In this document: positions 49,093 through 57,604 of the stretch, one piece after another | How the letters are laid out: the number at the start of each line of letters is the position of its first letter | Numbering within the stretch: the stretch's first letter is position 1 | From: Candidatus Curtissbacteria bacterium | Lineage (GTDB): Bacteria > Patescibacteriota > Microgenomatia > Curtissbacterales > GWA2-41-24 | Direction: 5' to 3' | DNA: 64,000 nt | NCBI GenBank assembly: GCA_030647775.1 | Contig: JAUSJC010000010.1 | Location: 72,718 to 136,717, forward strand | Notes under the pieces: generated by a model | Told to the model about the DNA's origin: nothing | What the model saw: the letters and a program-made list of their open reading frames with translations, nothing else | The model's database searches: none | Made by a program: the position numbers and the translations under genes

Positions 49093-49273
49093 CTCTTGCA
49101 TCCTATAAGATAATAAGTTATAATAGCTAAAGTTAAGGTTAAGGGTTGTTGGAAGTTGAGTAGTTCGAATCATCCGCCAGCTGGCGGATTATGATTCTCA
49201 CTATCCGATTTCTAACTCCCCAAAACTTCAACACAGATCCTGAAGCGAGTATCAGGATGACAATCACAGAAGT

Positions 49274-51499
49274 ATGTCAAAAGTTATACATAAGGAAATA
49301 GAACTTGCCGGTAGAAAGCTTGTGCTCGAAACTGGTGAACTGGCAGGCCACGCTAATGGATCGGTTTTGGCTCAATATGGTGAAACCGTGGTTTTAGCAA
49401 CCGCCGTTTCCCAAAAAGCGCCGGCAGATATTGGTTATTTCCCGCTCGCTGTTGATTTCGAAGAAAAGCTTTTTGCCGCAGGCAGAATTTCAACCTCCCG
49501 TTTTATCAAACGTGAAGGCAGGCCTACCGAAACACAAATTTTAACAGGCAGGCTTATCGATAGGTCCATTCGTCCGCTTTTCCCTAAAGATTACCAGGCC
49601 GAAGTGCAGGTAATTATTACTGTGCTTTCTTTTGACGAGGAAAATGATCCTGACATTATTTCGCTAATAGCCGCCTCCGCCGCGCTTACTATTTCCGATA
49701 TTCCCTGGAATGGCCCAATTTCCGGCCTTAAAGTTGGCCTAAAAGACGGCAAGTTTATCCTTAACCCGACTATCAAAGAAACAGATGAAAGCGACCTTGA
49801 CCTTTTGGTGGCGTCATCAGAAGGCGAAATTGTCATGATCGAAGCGGCTGCCAAAGAAGTGGACGAGAAATTGGTTGCAGAAGGTTTAGCCTTTGCCCTA
49901 AAAAACGGCAAAGATGTCCTTAAACTAATCAACGACTTGGCTAAAGATGTGGGTCGCGAAAAACAAAAATACGAATCCCAAAAGCTGGCTCCCGAAGTTG
50001 AAAAAACCGTCAAAGATTATATCCAAACCGAAATTATGAAAGATTTTGATAAAAACAGCCTTGATGACGGCTGGTTCGGCGACTGTATGGATCAACTTGT
50101 GGCGAAATTCATTTCCGAAAATCAGCCGCAAGACCAAAAGGTTACAGATAAAACCTTGGTCGGTCTTTTGGAAGACGCAGTCACCCAAAAGTTGAGAGAC
50201 GATATTCTTGTTCACGGCAAACGTCCTGACGGTAGAAAACCCGAAGAGCTGCGTGAAATTACTATCAAAGTTCCCGTTTTGCCAAGAACCCACGGTTCGG
50301 CCATTTTCCAAAGAGGCGAAACCCAGGTTCTTTCAATCGCGACTCTAGCATCGCCGGCCCTTGCCCAGTTAGTCGAGGGTATGTACGGCGAAAGCAAAAA
50401 GCGTTATATGCATCACTATAATTTCCCGCCGTTTTCTTCCGGTGAAGTTAAAAGGCTTGGTTCACCGGGTCGTCGTGAAATTGGCCACGGTGCTCTCGCC
50501 GAAAAAGCATTAGTGCCGGTAATTCCCGCAACCGATGTTTTCCCTTACACCGTCAGAGTCGTTTCGGAATGTTTATCTTCTGCAGGATCAACATCCATGG
50601 CTTCAGTCTGCGGGTCGACTCTGGCGCTTATGGATGCCGGTGTTCCCCTAAAAGAACCGGTTGCCGGAATTTCAATAGGGCTTATTACAGATAGCACCGA
50701 TAAATCAAAATATGTTCTTCTGACCGATATCGCCTATCAGGAAGATGCCCAGGGAGATATGGATTTCAAAATTGCCGGTACCAAAAACGGCATTACCGCC
50801 ATTCAAATGGATATTAAACTGGATGGTATTTCCACCGAAATTGCCAAGGGTGCCTTAGACCGGGCCAAAATTGCCCGCGCGGCAATTCTCAAAATGATGG
50901 CAGATGCTATACCTGCTTCCCGTAAGGAAGTCAGCAAATACGCTCCGGTTGTCATCCTTGTCAAAATTGACCCGGCCAAAATCGGCGGAGTTATTGGTTC
51001 CGGCGGCCGAGTCATCAATAACATCATTGCAACAACCGGTGCCACAGTCGATGTTGAGGATGACGGTACAGTCATGATTTCAGCCAAAGATCCGGAAGCC
51101 GCGCAAAAAGCAGCCGTATGGGTAGAGGGTATTGTTAAAGAACCGCAGCCCGGTGAAATTTACGAAGGTCCGGTTACAAGGATTTTACCATTCGGGGCTA
51201 TGGTTGAAATGCTGCCGGGTAAAGAAGGTTTGGTTCATGTTTCCAAGCTTGCCGAAGGCCGCGTAGAAAACGTTGAAGACGTTGTTAAAGTCGGTGACAT
51301 TGTTAAAGTTCACGTCGCCGAAATAGACGATATGGGGAGGGTTAACCTTTCTATGGTTTTTGATAAAGATGGAAAACCGATGGCCAAAGCCTCATCCTCT
51401 GAAGGCAGACCCGAAAGAAGAGGATTTGGTTCAAGGGATGGCGGCGGCAGATTCGGCGGTCCAAGACGCGACTCGCGCCCACCGCGAAAAAGATATTAA
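49274..51499 (+). CDS. pnp: Polynucleotide phosphorylase
   Basis: RLIDRSIRP, RTHGSA, RREIGHG and GDMDFK motifs; KH and S1 domains. Confidence 0.97.
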   Translation: MSKVIHKEIELAGRKLVLETGELAGHANGSVLAQYGETVVLATAVSQKAPADIGYFPLAVDFEEKLFAAGRISTSRFIKREGRPTETQILTGRLIDRSIRPLFPKDYQAEVQVIITVLSFDEENDPDIISLIAASAALTISDIPWNGPISGLKVGLKDGKFILNPTIKETDESDLDLLVASSEGEIVMIEAAAKEVDEKLVAEGLAFALKNGKDVLKLINDLAKDVGREKQKYESQKLAPEVEKTVKDYIQTEIMKDFDKNSLDDGWFGDCMDQLVAKFISENQPQDQKVTDKTLVGLLEDAVTQKLRDDILVHGKRPDGRKPEELREITIKVPVLPRTHGSAIFQRGETQVLSIATLASPALAQLVEGMYGESKKRYMHHYNFPPFSSGEVKRLGSPGRREIGHGALAEKALVPVIPATDVFPYTVRVVSECLSSAGSTSMASVCGSTLALMDAGVPLKEPVAGISIGLITDSTDKSKYVLLTDIAYQEDAQGDMDFKIAGTKNGITAIQMDIKLDGISTEIAKGALDRAKIARAAILKMMADAIPASRKEVSKYAPVVILVKIDPAKIGGVIGSGGRVINNIIATTGATVDVEDDGTVMISAKDPEAAQKAAVWVEGIVKEPQPGEIYEGPVTRILPFGAMVEMLPGKEGLVHVSKLAEGRVENVEDVVKVGDIVKVHVAEIDDMGRVNLSMVFDKDGKPMAKASSSEGRPERRGFGSRDGGGRFGGPRRDSRPPRKRY

Positions 51500-51526
51500 G
51501 AGAGCTTGTTTTTTACGAAATAAAAG

Positions 51527-52495
51527 ATGTTTCTAATTCCCCGGTTACTCTCATATGACCGGACCAAGAAGGCATGCGGGCTTGTAGTTTTATTCCTTAT
51601 CGCATTTATTGTCGCTTTCTCTTATCGCGGACCGCAAAGCAGTGCGATTATCGCGTCTGACCAAAACAAATTCAAATTAAGTTTTCAGCTCCAAAAATCC
51701 GACGAAGCTAAATTTTCAAGCACCCTCGAAAAGTTAAACTTACCCCAAAGCGTCAAACAGGGCATCCAGTTTGAACTCGATTCGACATCTTCGGCCAAAC
51801 TGGCCTATGCCAGTCCCATCAAGGCCAAGATCACATTTGGCAAAGATACCATAAATTTTAAAGGTACACTTACAAGAAACCAAAATCCCTCCATAGCTTT
51901 CGAAAATATCAAAATCCCTGCTTCTTCAAGCGCCGCGCTTATGGAAAGCGACTTTAGGGGTTTTTTGAAAAAAAACTTAAACCCCGGGGAAAATCTTGCA
52001 TTTTGGATAGACAAAAACGTGACTTCAAATCTAGGAGAGTATCTTATTGTTTTTGGCCAGAATAATGATTACGCTGTCATTTTTAAAAACGGAAACATCA
52101 ATTTTGCTGATCTCAAAAACATTAAAAATGGACTAGGGGAATCAATTGCCAAAGAAGAAACAGCAGAAGGCATTACCCTTATTTTGTTAAAAATTGAAGG
52201 CATGGAAAAAACACCGGCGGTCTTTAGTCAAAATGGTTGGAATTATTTCGTTTCTTCCGCTCAAAGTGCTAAAGATTTGGTAAGTGCCTCCCAGTCCGGC
52301 GGCCAAGAAGTTGAGTTTCCGGCCTTGCCCCAAAAAGAAAATCTGTCAATGGTTATAAATTTTGTCAATAAAAATTCGGTTCTTCCTCCGTACTTCTTTT
52401 TGCCCGAGGAAAACTCAAAAATTTTGGGAAAAATTACCAATTTTAAATTTGTCCTTGCAGGAAGCTCCTTTTCCGGCTCATTTAGCGTAAAATAG
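51527..52495 (+). CDS. Hypothetical exported/membrane-anchored protein
   Basis: N-terminal TM; 322 aa. Confidence 0.65.
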   Translation: MFLIPRLLSYDRTKKACGLVVLFLIAFIVAFSYRGPQSSAIIASDQNKFKLSFQLQKSDEAKFSSTLEKLNLPQSVKQGIQFELDSTSSAKLAYASPIKAKITFGKDTINFKGTLTRNQNPSIAFENIKIPASSSAALMESDFRGFLKKNLNPGENLAFWIDKNVTSNLGEYLIVFGQNNDYAVIFKNGNINFADLKNIKNGLGESIAKEETAEGITLILLKIEGMEKTPAVFSQNGWNYFVSSAQSAKDLVSASQSGGQEVEFPALPQKENLSMVINFVNKNSVLPPYFFLPEENSKILGKITNFKFVLAGSSFSGSFSVK

Positions 52496-52644
52496 AAGTA
52501 TCCTTCGAGCGAAACAAGAAGTAATGTCATCCTGAACTAGATTCAGGATCTAGATTCCGAAAGATACAGGGCCATGCGACCTAAAGGTCTAAAGTTCGGA
52601 ATGACAATGAATGTAAGTTCTCGTTAACACTCGAACAATATAAA

Positions 52645-53739
52645 ATGCCATCCTCAACTGCCCAATTTGAAGACATCACGCTTTTGGAAAATAAACTCAA
52701 AAGCGCCAGCCTACCCCCAGACCTAAAAGCAAAAGCCTTGGCGCAGTTAGAAAGGCTCGTCCGCTTAGCATCCGCCCAAGGATATTCCCAGGAATACGAT
52801 TCCATTTCCCGTTATATCGACTGGATAATTACGCTTCCATGGGGTAAAAGAAGCGTTGATACCCTTTCCATCGAAAACGCCAGAAAAATCATGGACGCCA
52901 ACCACTTTGGCCTGGAAAAAGTTAAAGAAAGAATTTTAGAATACATTGCCGTTGCCTGCCTTGCCGGCAGGCAGGCCAGCCTCGCCGAGTCTAGGCGGGC
53001 CAGTCTCAAAGAAAGCAATTCATCAGAAAAATCAAAGGCACCGACGTTTCTCCTTTTAGGTCTTGTTGGGACCGGCAAAACCACTCTTGGTTATTCCATT
53101 GCCCAGGCCCTCGGCCGCCAGTTCGGCCGCATTCCAATGGGCGGAATGGGGGATGCCCTGCAGCTTCGCGGCCGCTCCCGCGCTTATCCCGACGCCGAGC
53201 CGGGCCAAATCATGAAAGTGTTACGTCGCGTCCAGACCAAAAACCCGGTCATACTCTTGGATGAAATCGACCGCGTTACCGATGAAGCCAAAGCCGACAT
53301 CATGGGGGTATTGGTGGAGCTTTTAGACCCGGAGCAAAATGCCAGTTTCCTCGACCATTTCGTGGATTACCCATTTGACCTTTCCGAAGTGCTGTTTATC
53401 GCGACGGCCAACAATACCGGCGGCATCGCCACGGCAGTTCTCGACCGGCTCGAGGTTATCGAAATGCCAAGCTACACCGACGACCAAAAAATTAAAATCG
53501 GCAAGGATTATCTTTTGCTCAAGGCTCTTTCCGCAAACGGCCTGTCAGCCGGCGATATCGTCTTCCCCGAAAATATCTGGCATTTAATCGTCCGCCCTTT
53601 GGGTTTTGATGCCGGCATGAGAACGCTCGACAGGACCATCAGCGGCATTTGCCGCAAAGTTGCCAAGCTCAAAGTCGAGGGTAAAGCGACCAAAATAACT
53701 TTAACCGAAGAAAATCTCAAAGAATATATACCGAGCTAG
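52645..53739 (+). CDS. Lon-like AAA+ ATPase lacking the protease domain
   Basis: HFGLEKVKERILEY, GTGKT, PGQI, NPVILLDEID, LDPEQN and DRLE motifs; ends after the AAA lid. Confidence 0.85.
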   Translation: MPSSTAQFEDITLLENKLKSASLPPDLKAKALAQLERLVRLASAQGYSQEYDSISRYIDWIITLPWGKRSVDTLSIENARKIMDANHFGLEKVKERILEYIAVACLAGRQASLAESRRASLKESNSSEKSKAPTFLLLGLVGTGKTTLGYSIAQALGRQFGRIPMGGMGDALQLRGRSRAYPDAEPGQIMKVLRRVQTKNPVILLDEIDRVTDEAKADIMGVLVELLDPEQNASFLDHFVDYPFDLSEVLFIATANNTGGIATAVLDRLEVIEMPSYTDDQKIKIGKDYLLLKALSANGLSAGDIVFPENIWHLIVRPLGFDAGMRTLDRTISGICRKVAKLKVEGKATKITLTEENLKEYIPS

Positions 53740-53769
53740 ACTACCGACGGTTTGCCCACGTAATATCCC

Positions 53770-53855
53770 TAGCCCGCAGCTCTTCGAGTCTGAGCCTGAG
53801 GGTTCATCCCTCAGAGTCGATGACGAAGTGAGGACCGCAGGTCGCGAAGAAACCT
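53770..53855 (+). mobile_element. TAG..CGC element with a nested palindrome
   Basis: TAGCCCGCAG...GAGGACCGC then AGGT..ACCT; internal CTGAGGG/CCCTCAG hairpin. Confidence 0.7.
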
Positions 53856-53964
53856 ATAGTAGAAAATCTTGATAATTTGTGCTATAGTCAATTCTTGACT
53901 GTCAGATTAGTCATCGAGTTGACACTCGACTCGCAGTGACAGGAAAAGTAAAATTAAATTGCCC

Positions 53965-56100
53965 ATGGGAAGAAGACGCAGAAGATATCAACTACTTGGT
54001 CCGCCAATAGGACTGGAAAGAAAAACAATAAAAAGTATTGTCGGTGTTGCCGGTCTTGGTATCTCGGCTATTCTCCTTCTATCAATCGTTACCAAATCAG
54101 GTTCCCTTTTTACCCTTAGAGAAAGATATTATGAAATTTTCGGTCTCGGCGTATACTTGGTCCCGTTGGTTATTGTGTTTGCCAGTATCCCGCTGCTTTC
54201 ACTGAACAGTCGCTTTACAAAGATAAATGTAATCTTTGGTTTCACGGCGACAGTACTTTCTCTTCTTGGTTTGGTTGCGCCGCTTTCGCCGGATTCTTCC
54301 GGAATGCTGGGCAACATCCTTTGGTCTGTCTTAAAGTCGACTGTTACCACCCCCGGCGCATTTCTGATATTACTCTTTACCTTTTTTGTTTCCGTGATTA
54401 TTACCGTCAACACCAGCCCGGACGTTGCCATCAAACTAATTATGGCGGCTTTTGGCAAAATCCTTGGTGTTCTTACCGCTATCAAAAAGAAAATTATTCC
54501 GTTAAGAAAACCTGACTTTATTACCAAATCACCGGATGATATTTATCGCCCAGGCAAAAAAATCATTCCGATCGGAAGAAGTAGAGAAAAGGAAGAAGGT
54601 GAGCCCGGCCTTTCGGCAAGTATCGTAGTCAACAGTCCCGGTCAGAGCCAGATTTGGGAATATCCGCCCTTGTCACTGCTTGGCGAAACTCACGGCGCGC
54701 AGGCTAACCGCGGCAATCCCAAACAAAATGCCCATACTATCGAAAAAACTCTGGAAAGCTTCGGCATTACAGCTAAAGTTATCGAAGTTAATAATGGCCC
54801 GACTATTACCCAATACGCCATCGAAATTCCCGCCGGCACCAAACTTTCTAAAATTATGGCGCTCCAAAACGACCTTGCCCTTGCCCTTGCCACTCCAACC
54901 GGCAATGTCAGAATCGAAGCCCCGATTCCCGGGAAATCTCTTGTCGGCATAGAAATTCCCAATATTTCACCCGAAGTTGTTAGTCTTAAAAACGTTCTCT
55001 CCGACGAAAGAATCAGGAGTGCCAAATCCAAACTTACCGTCGGCCTTGGCCTTGATGTTTCCGGTAACCCGGTTATTTCCGATATCGGCAAGATGCCTCA
55101 TGTTCTGGTTGCCGGTACTACCGGCTCCGGTAAATCGGTTCTAATAAATGCCATCATCGCCACTTTGCTTTTTCGCGCCAGCCCGCAGGAGGTCAAATTA
55201 ATTTTGGTTGATCCCAAACGAGTTGAACTCACCGATTACAATGATATCCCGCATCTTTTAACACCTGTTATTGTCGAACCGGATAAGATCCTTTCTGCCC
55301 TGCGGTGGGCTACCACGGAAATGGATAGGCGCTACAAGCTTTTCCATGAAGCGCAAGTTAGAAATATCCAGGGCTACAATGAACTTTCCGGCTTCCAGGT
55401 CCTTCCTTATATTGTGATTGTCATTGATGAGTTAAACGACTTAATGCAGTTTGCGCCTGTTGAAATAGAGGACGCAATTTGTAGGATTGCCCAGATGGCT
55501 CGTGCTACCGGTATCCATTTAGTCGTTGCCACCCAAAGGCCTTCCGTTGATGTCATCACCGGCCTTATTAAAGCCAATATCCCTTGCCGTATCGCCTTTA
55601 ATGTTTCTTCAATGGTTGATTCCCGTGTCATTATCGATACTCCCGGCGCCGAAAAACTTCTTGGCCGCGGTGATATGCTCTACGTTCCGCCGGAAGCCTC
55701 CAAGCCGATGCGTATCCAGGGCGTTTATGTTTCCGACACCGAAATCAGGAATCTTATTTCCTTCCTCAAAAAATCCGGCATGGCACCCGAATACACCGAA
55801 GAGGTTACCCAAATGCCCCTTGGTAGAATCTCCGGCCGTCACGGCAGCGCAGGTGGCGCAAGTGGTGACAAAGATGACCTTTTTGAAGAGGCAGTCCGCA
55901 CTATTTGCCAGTATGATAGGGCCTCGGCATCGCTTCTCCAAAGAAGGTTAAGGGTTGGTTATGCCAGGGCCGCCCGTCTCTTGGACGAACTGGAGATAGC
56001 CGGTATCGTTGGCCCCGGCGACGGCTCAAAGCCCCGGGACGTTTTAGTCAAAAATGCCGAAGAGTTTTTGCAAGACCAAAACCAGCCCCAAGCAAACTAA
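53965..56100 (+). CDS. ftsK: DNA translocase FtsK
   Basis: N-terminal TMs, GTTGSGKS, DPKRVEL, TQRPS and EKLLGRGDML motifs; gamma domain. Confidence 0.96.
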   Translation: MGRRRRRYQLLGPPIGLERKTIKSIVGVAGLGISAILLLSIVTKSGSLFTLRERYYEIFGLGVYLVPLVIVFASIPLLSLNSRFTKINVIFGFTATVLSLLGLVAPLSPDSSGMLGNILWSVLKSTVTTPGAFLILLFTFFVSVIITVNTSPDVAIKLIMAAFGKILGVLTAIKKKIIPLRKPDFITKSPDDIYRPGKKIIPIGRSREKEEGEPGLSASIVVNSPGQSQIWEYPPLSLLGETHGAQANRGNPKQNAHTIEKTLESFGITAKVIEVNNGPTITQYAIEIPAGTKLSKIMALQNDLALALATPTGNVRIEAPIPGKSLVGIEIPNISPEVVSLKNVLSDERIRSAKSKLTVGLGLDVSGNPVISDIGKMPHVLVAGTTGSGKSVLINAIIATLLFRASPQEVKLILVDPKRVELTDYNDIPHLLTPVIVEPDKILSALRWATTEMDRRYKLFHEAQVRNIQGYNELSGFQVLPYIVIVIDELNDLMQFAPVEIEDAICRIAQMARATGIHLVVATQRPSVDVITGLIKANIPCRIAFNVSSMVDSRVIIDTPGAEKLLGRGDMLYVPPEASKPMRIQGVYVSDTEIRNLISFLKKSGMAPEYTEEVTQMPLGRISGRHGSAGGASGDKDDLFEEAVRTICQYDRASASLLQRRLRVGYARAARLLDELEIAGIVGPGDGSKPRDVLVKNAEEFLQDQNQPQAN

Positions 56101-56103
56101 ACT

Positions 56104-56733
56104 ATGCAAGAAGTACTAGGCCGTACTCTTTCGGAAAAAAGGGTGAAAAAAGGCATCCCCATTTCCCGCGCCTCCCGCGATCTATTAATTAAGAAAGAAC
56201 AGCTTGAAGCTTTAGAGACAGGTGACTGGGAAAGTTTGCCCGAACCGGCTTTTGTGCGCGGTTTTATCAAAAATTACGGAGATTATTTGAATTTGGATAC
56301 CGATCATCTGCTGGCCCTTTACCGTAGAGAATACGATGCCGCCAAACACCCTTCGGCCAACCTTAAGCGCTTAAAACTAAAACGCTTTGTCATTACCCCG
56401 ACTACCACAGTCACGGCAGCCTCGATTTTTGTCGTCGGACTTTTTGTTTTTTACCTTCTCGCTCAATATTTTTCGATCATTTCCAGCCCCAAACTGGATG
56501 TTTTTACGCCGCCCGCCGATACTACAACTGCCGCTCCCGTTATCAGAATTGATGGTAAGACAGAACCCGGCGCCACAGTTGCCGTCAATGGTGATTTTGC
56601 CCCAGTCGATCAAGAGGGTAACTTTCAATATCAATACACTTTAAAAGACGGCCAAAACATTATCGAAATCATAGCCGCCAAACACCTGTCTCCAAAATCA
56701 AAAGTTACCAGAATCGTGCGCCTTTCTCGCTGA
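56104..56733 (+). CDS. RodZ-like HTH-TM-Ig protein
   Basis: ALETGDW.SLP..FVRGFIKNY; TM; Ig-like C-terminus. Confidence 0.8.
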   Translation: MQEVLGRTLSEKRVKKGIPISRASRDLLIKKEQLEALETGDWESLPEPAFVRGFIKNYGDYLNLDTDHLLALYRREYDAAKHPSANLKRLKLKRFVITPTTTVTAASIFVVGLFVFYLLAQYFSIISSPKLDVFTPPADTTTAAPVIRIDGKTEPGATVAVNGDFAPVDQEGNFQYQYTLKDGQNIIEIIAAKHLSPKSKVTRIVRLSR

Positions 56734-56837
56734 TTGACAAAAGATAAACTTTAAAGTATACCTTTTGATACGACGAACGTCGAAAGACTAGACTAATGCG
56801 TTTGTCGTTAGTCCCAAGTCTTAGTCGCCTGCCCAAA

Positions 56838-57095
56838 ATGGATATAACGCAAATAACACTGCTTTCGGTAATCGTAGTTTTAACTATTTTTCTAGTGGTT
56901 ATCGGCTTTCAAGTATTCTTCTTAATCCGCGATCTTCGTAAAACCCTTTCCCGTACCAATCGCCTTTTGGACGATGCCGACAGCCTCGTTGCCGGTATCA
57001 AAAAACCCATCGAAGGCGCCGGCAATATTTTTACGGCCATGACCGCCGGAGTTGGTATTGCCCATCTTCTTAAGAGGCTTGAGAAGAAAAAATGA
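56838..57095 (+). CDS. Small membrane protein (DUF948/YoxC-like)
   Basis: TM followed by coiled coil; lies upstream of the YtxH-like gene. Confidence 0.6.
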   Translation: MDITQITLLSVIVVLTIFLVVIGFQVFFLIRDLRKTLSRTNRLLDDADSLVAGIKKPIEGAGNIFTAMTAGVGIAHLLKRLEKKK

Positions 57096-57508
57096 ACGAC
57101 CACAACCACAATCCAAATCACAACAGCAACAATATTTCTTCACTTGTAGCAGGTGTAGTTTTAGGTGCCGCCCTAACTTATCTCTTTGGTACAAAAAGCG
57201 GCCAGAAATTAAAGGACGAACTTGTAAAAGAAGGCCAAAAGCTCCTTGAAGAAATGGGCAAGGAACTTGAAGAAACCAAGGATAAAATCGCCGAAGGTCC
57301 TGAGCGAAGTCGAAGGGAAGAAAGTGAAGTCGGCAAAAAATTAGAATCGGTCAAAGAAAAAGCCGAAGGCACTAAGTTGGTTCAAAATGCCATTGAAGCA
57401 AAAGAACAGTTGCAAGAGGTTATCGAAGACGTTCCAAAGCACATCGAAGAAATCCAGAAAAAAGGCCGCCGCTTTTTCTTCAAGCGCTCTGCCGCCCACG
57501 AGTCGTAA
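57092..57508 (+). CDS. YtxH-like protein
   Basis: GVVLGAALTYLFGTKSGQKLK. Confidence 0.75.
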   Translation: MNDHNHNPNHNSNNISSLVAGVVLGAALTYLFGTKSGQKLKDELVKEGQKLLEEMGKELEETKDKIAEGPERSRREESEVGKKLESVKEKAEGTKLVQNAIEAKEQLQEVIEDVPKHIEEIQKKGRRFFFKRSAAHES

Positions 57509-57604
57509 TACATTAATCAGCTGATATTAGTCCAGTTTACTGGACGCATGGTGCTGTATTAGATTTGCTTTTGCAAATCGCATGGCGCTGTATATAATTG
57601 CTTC

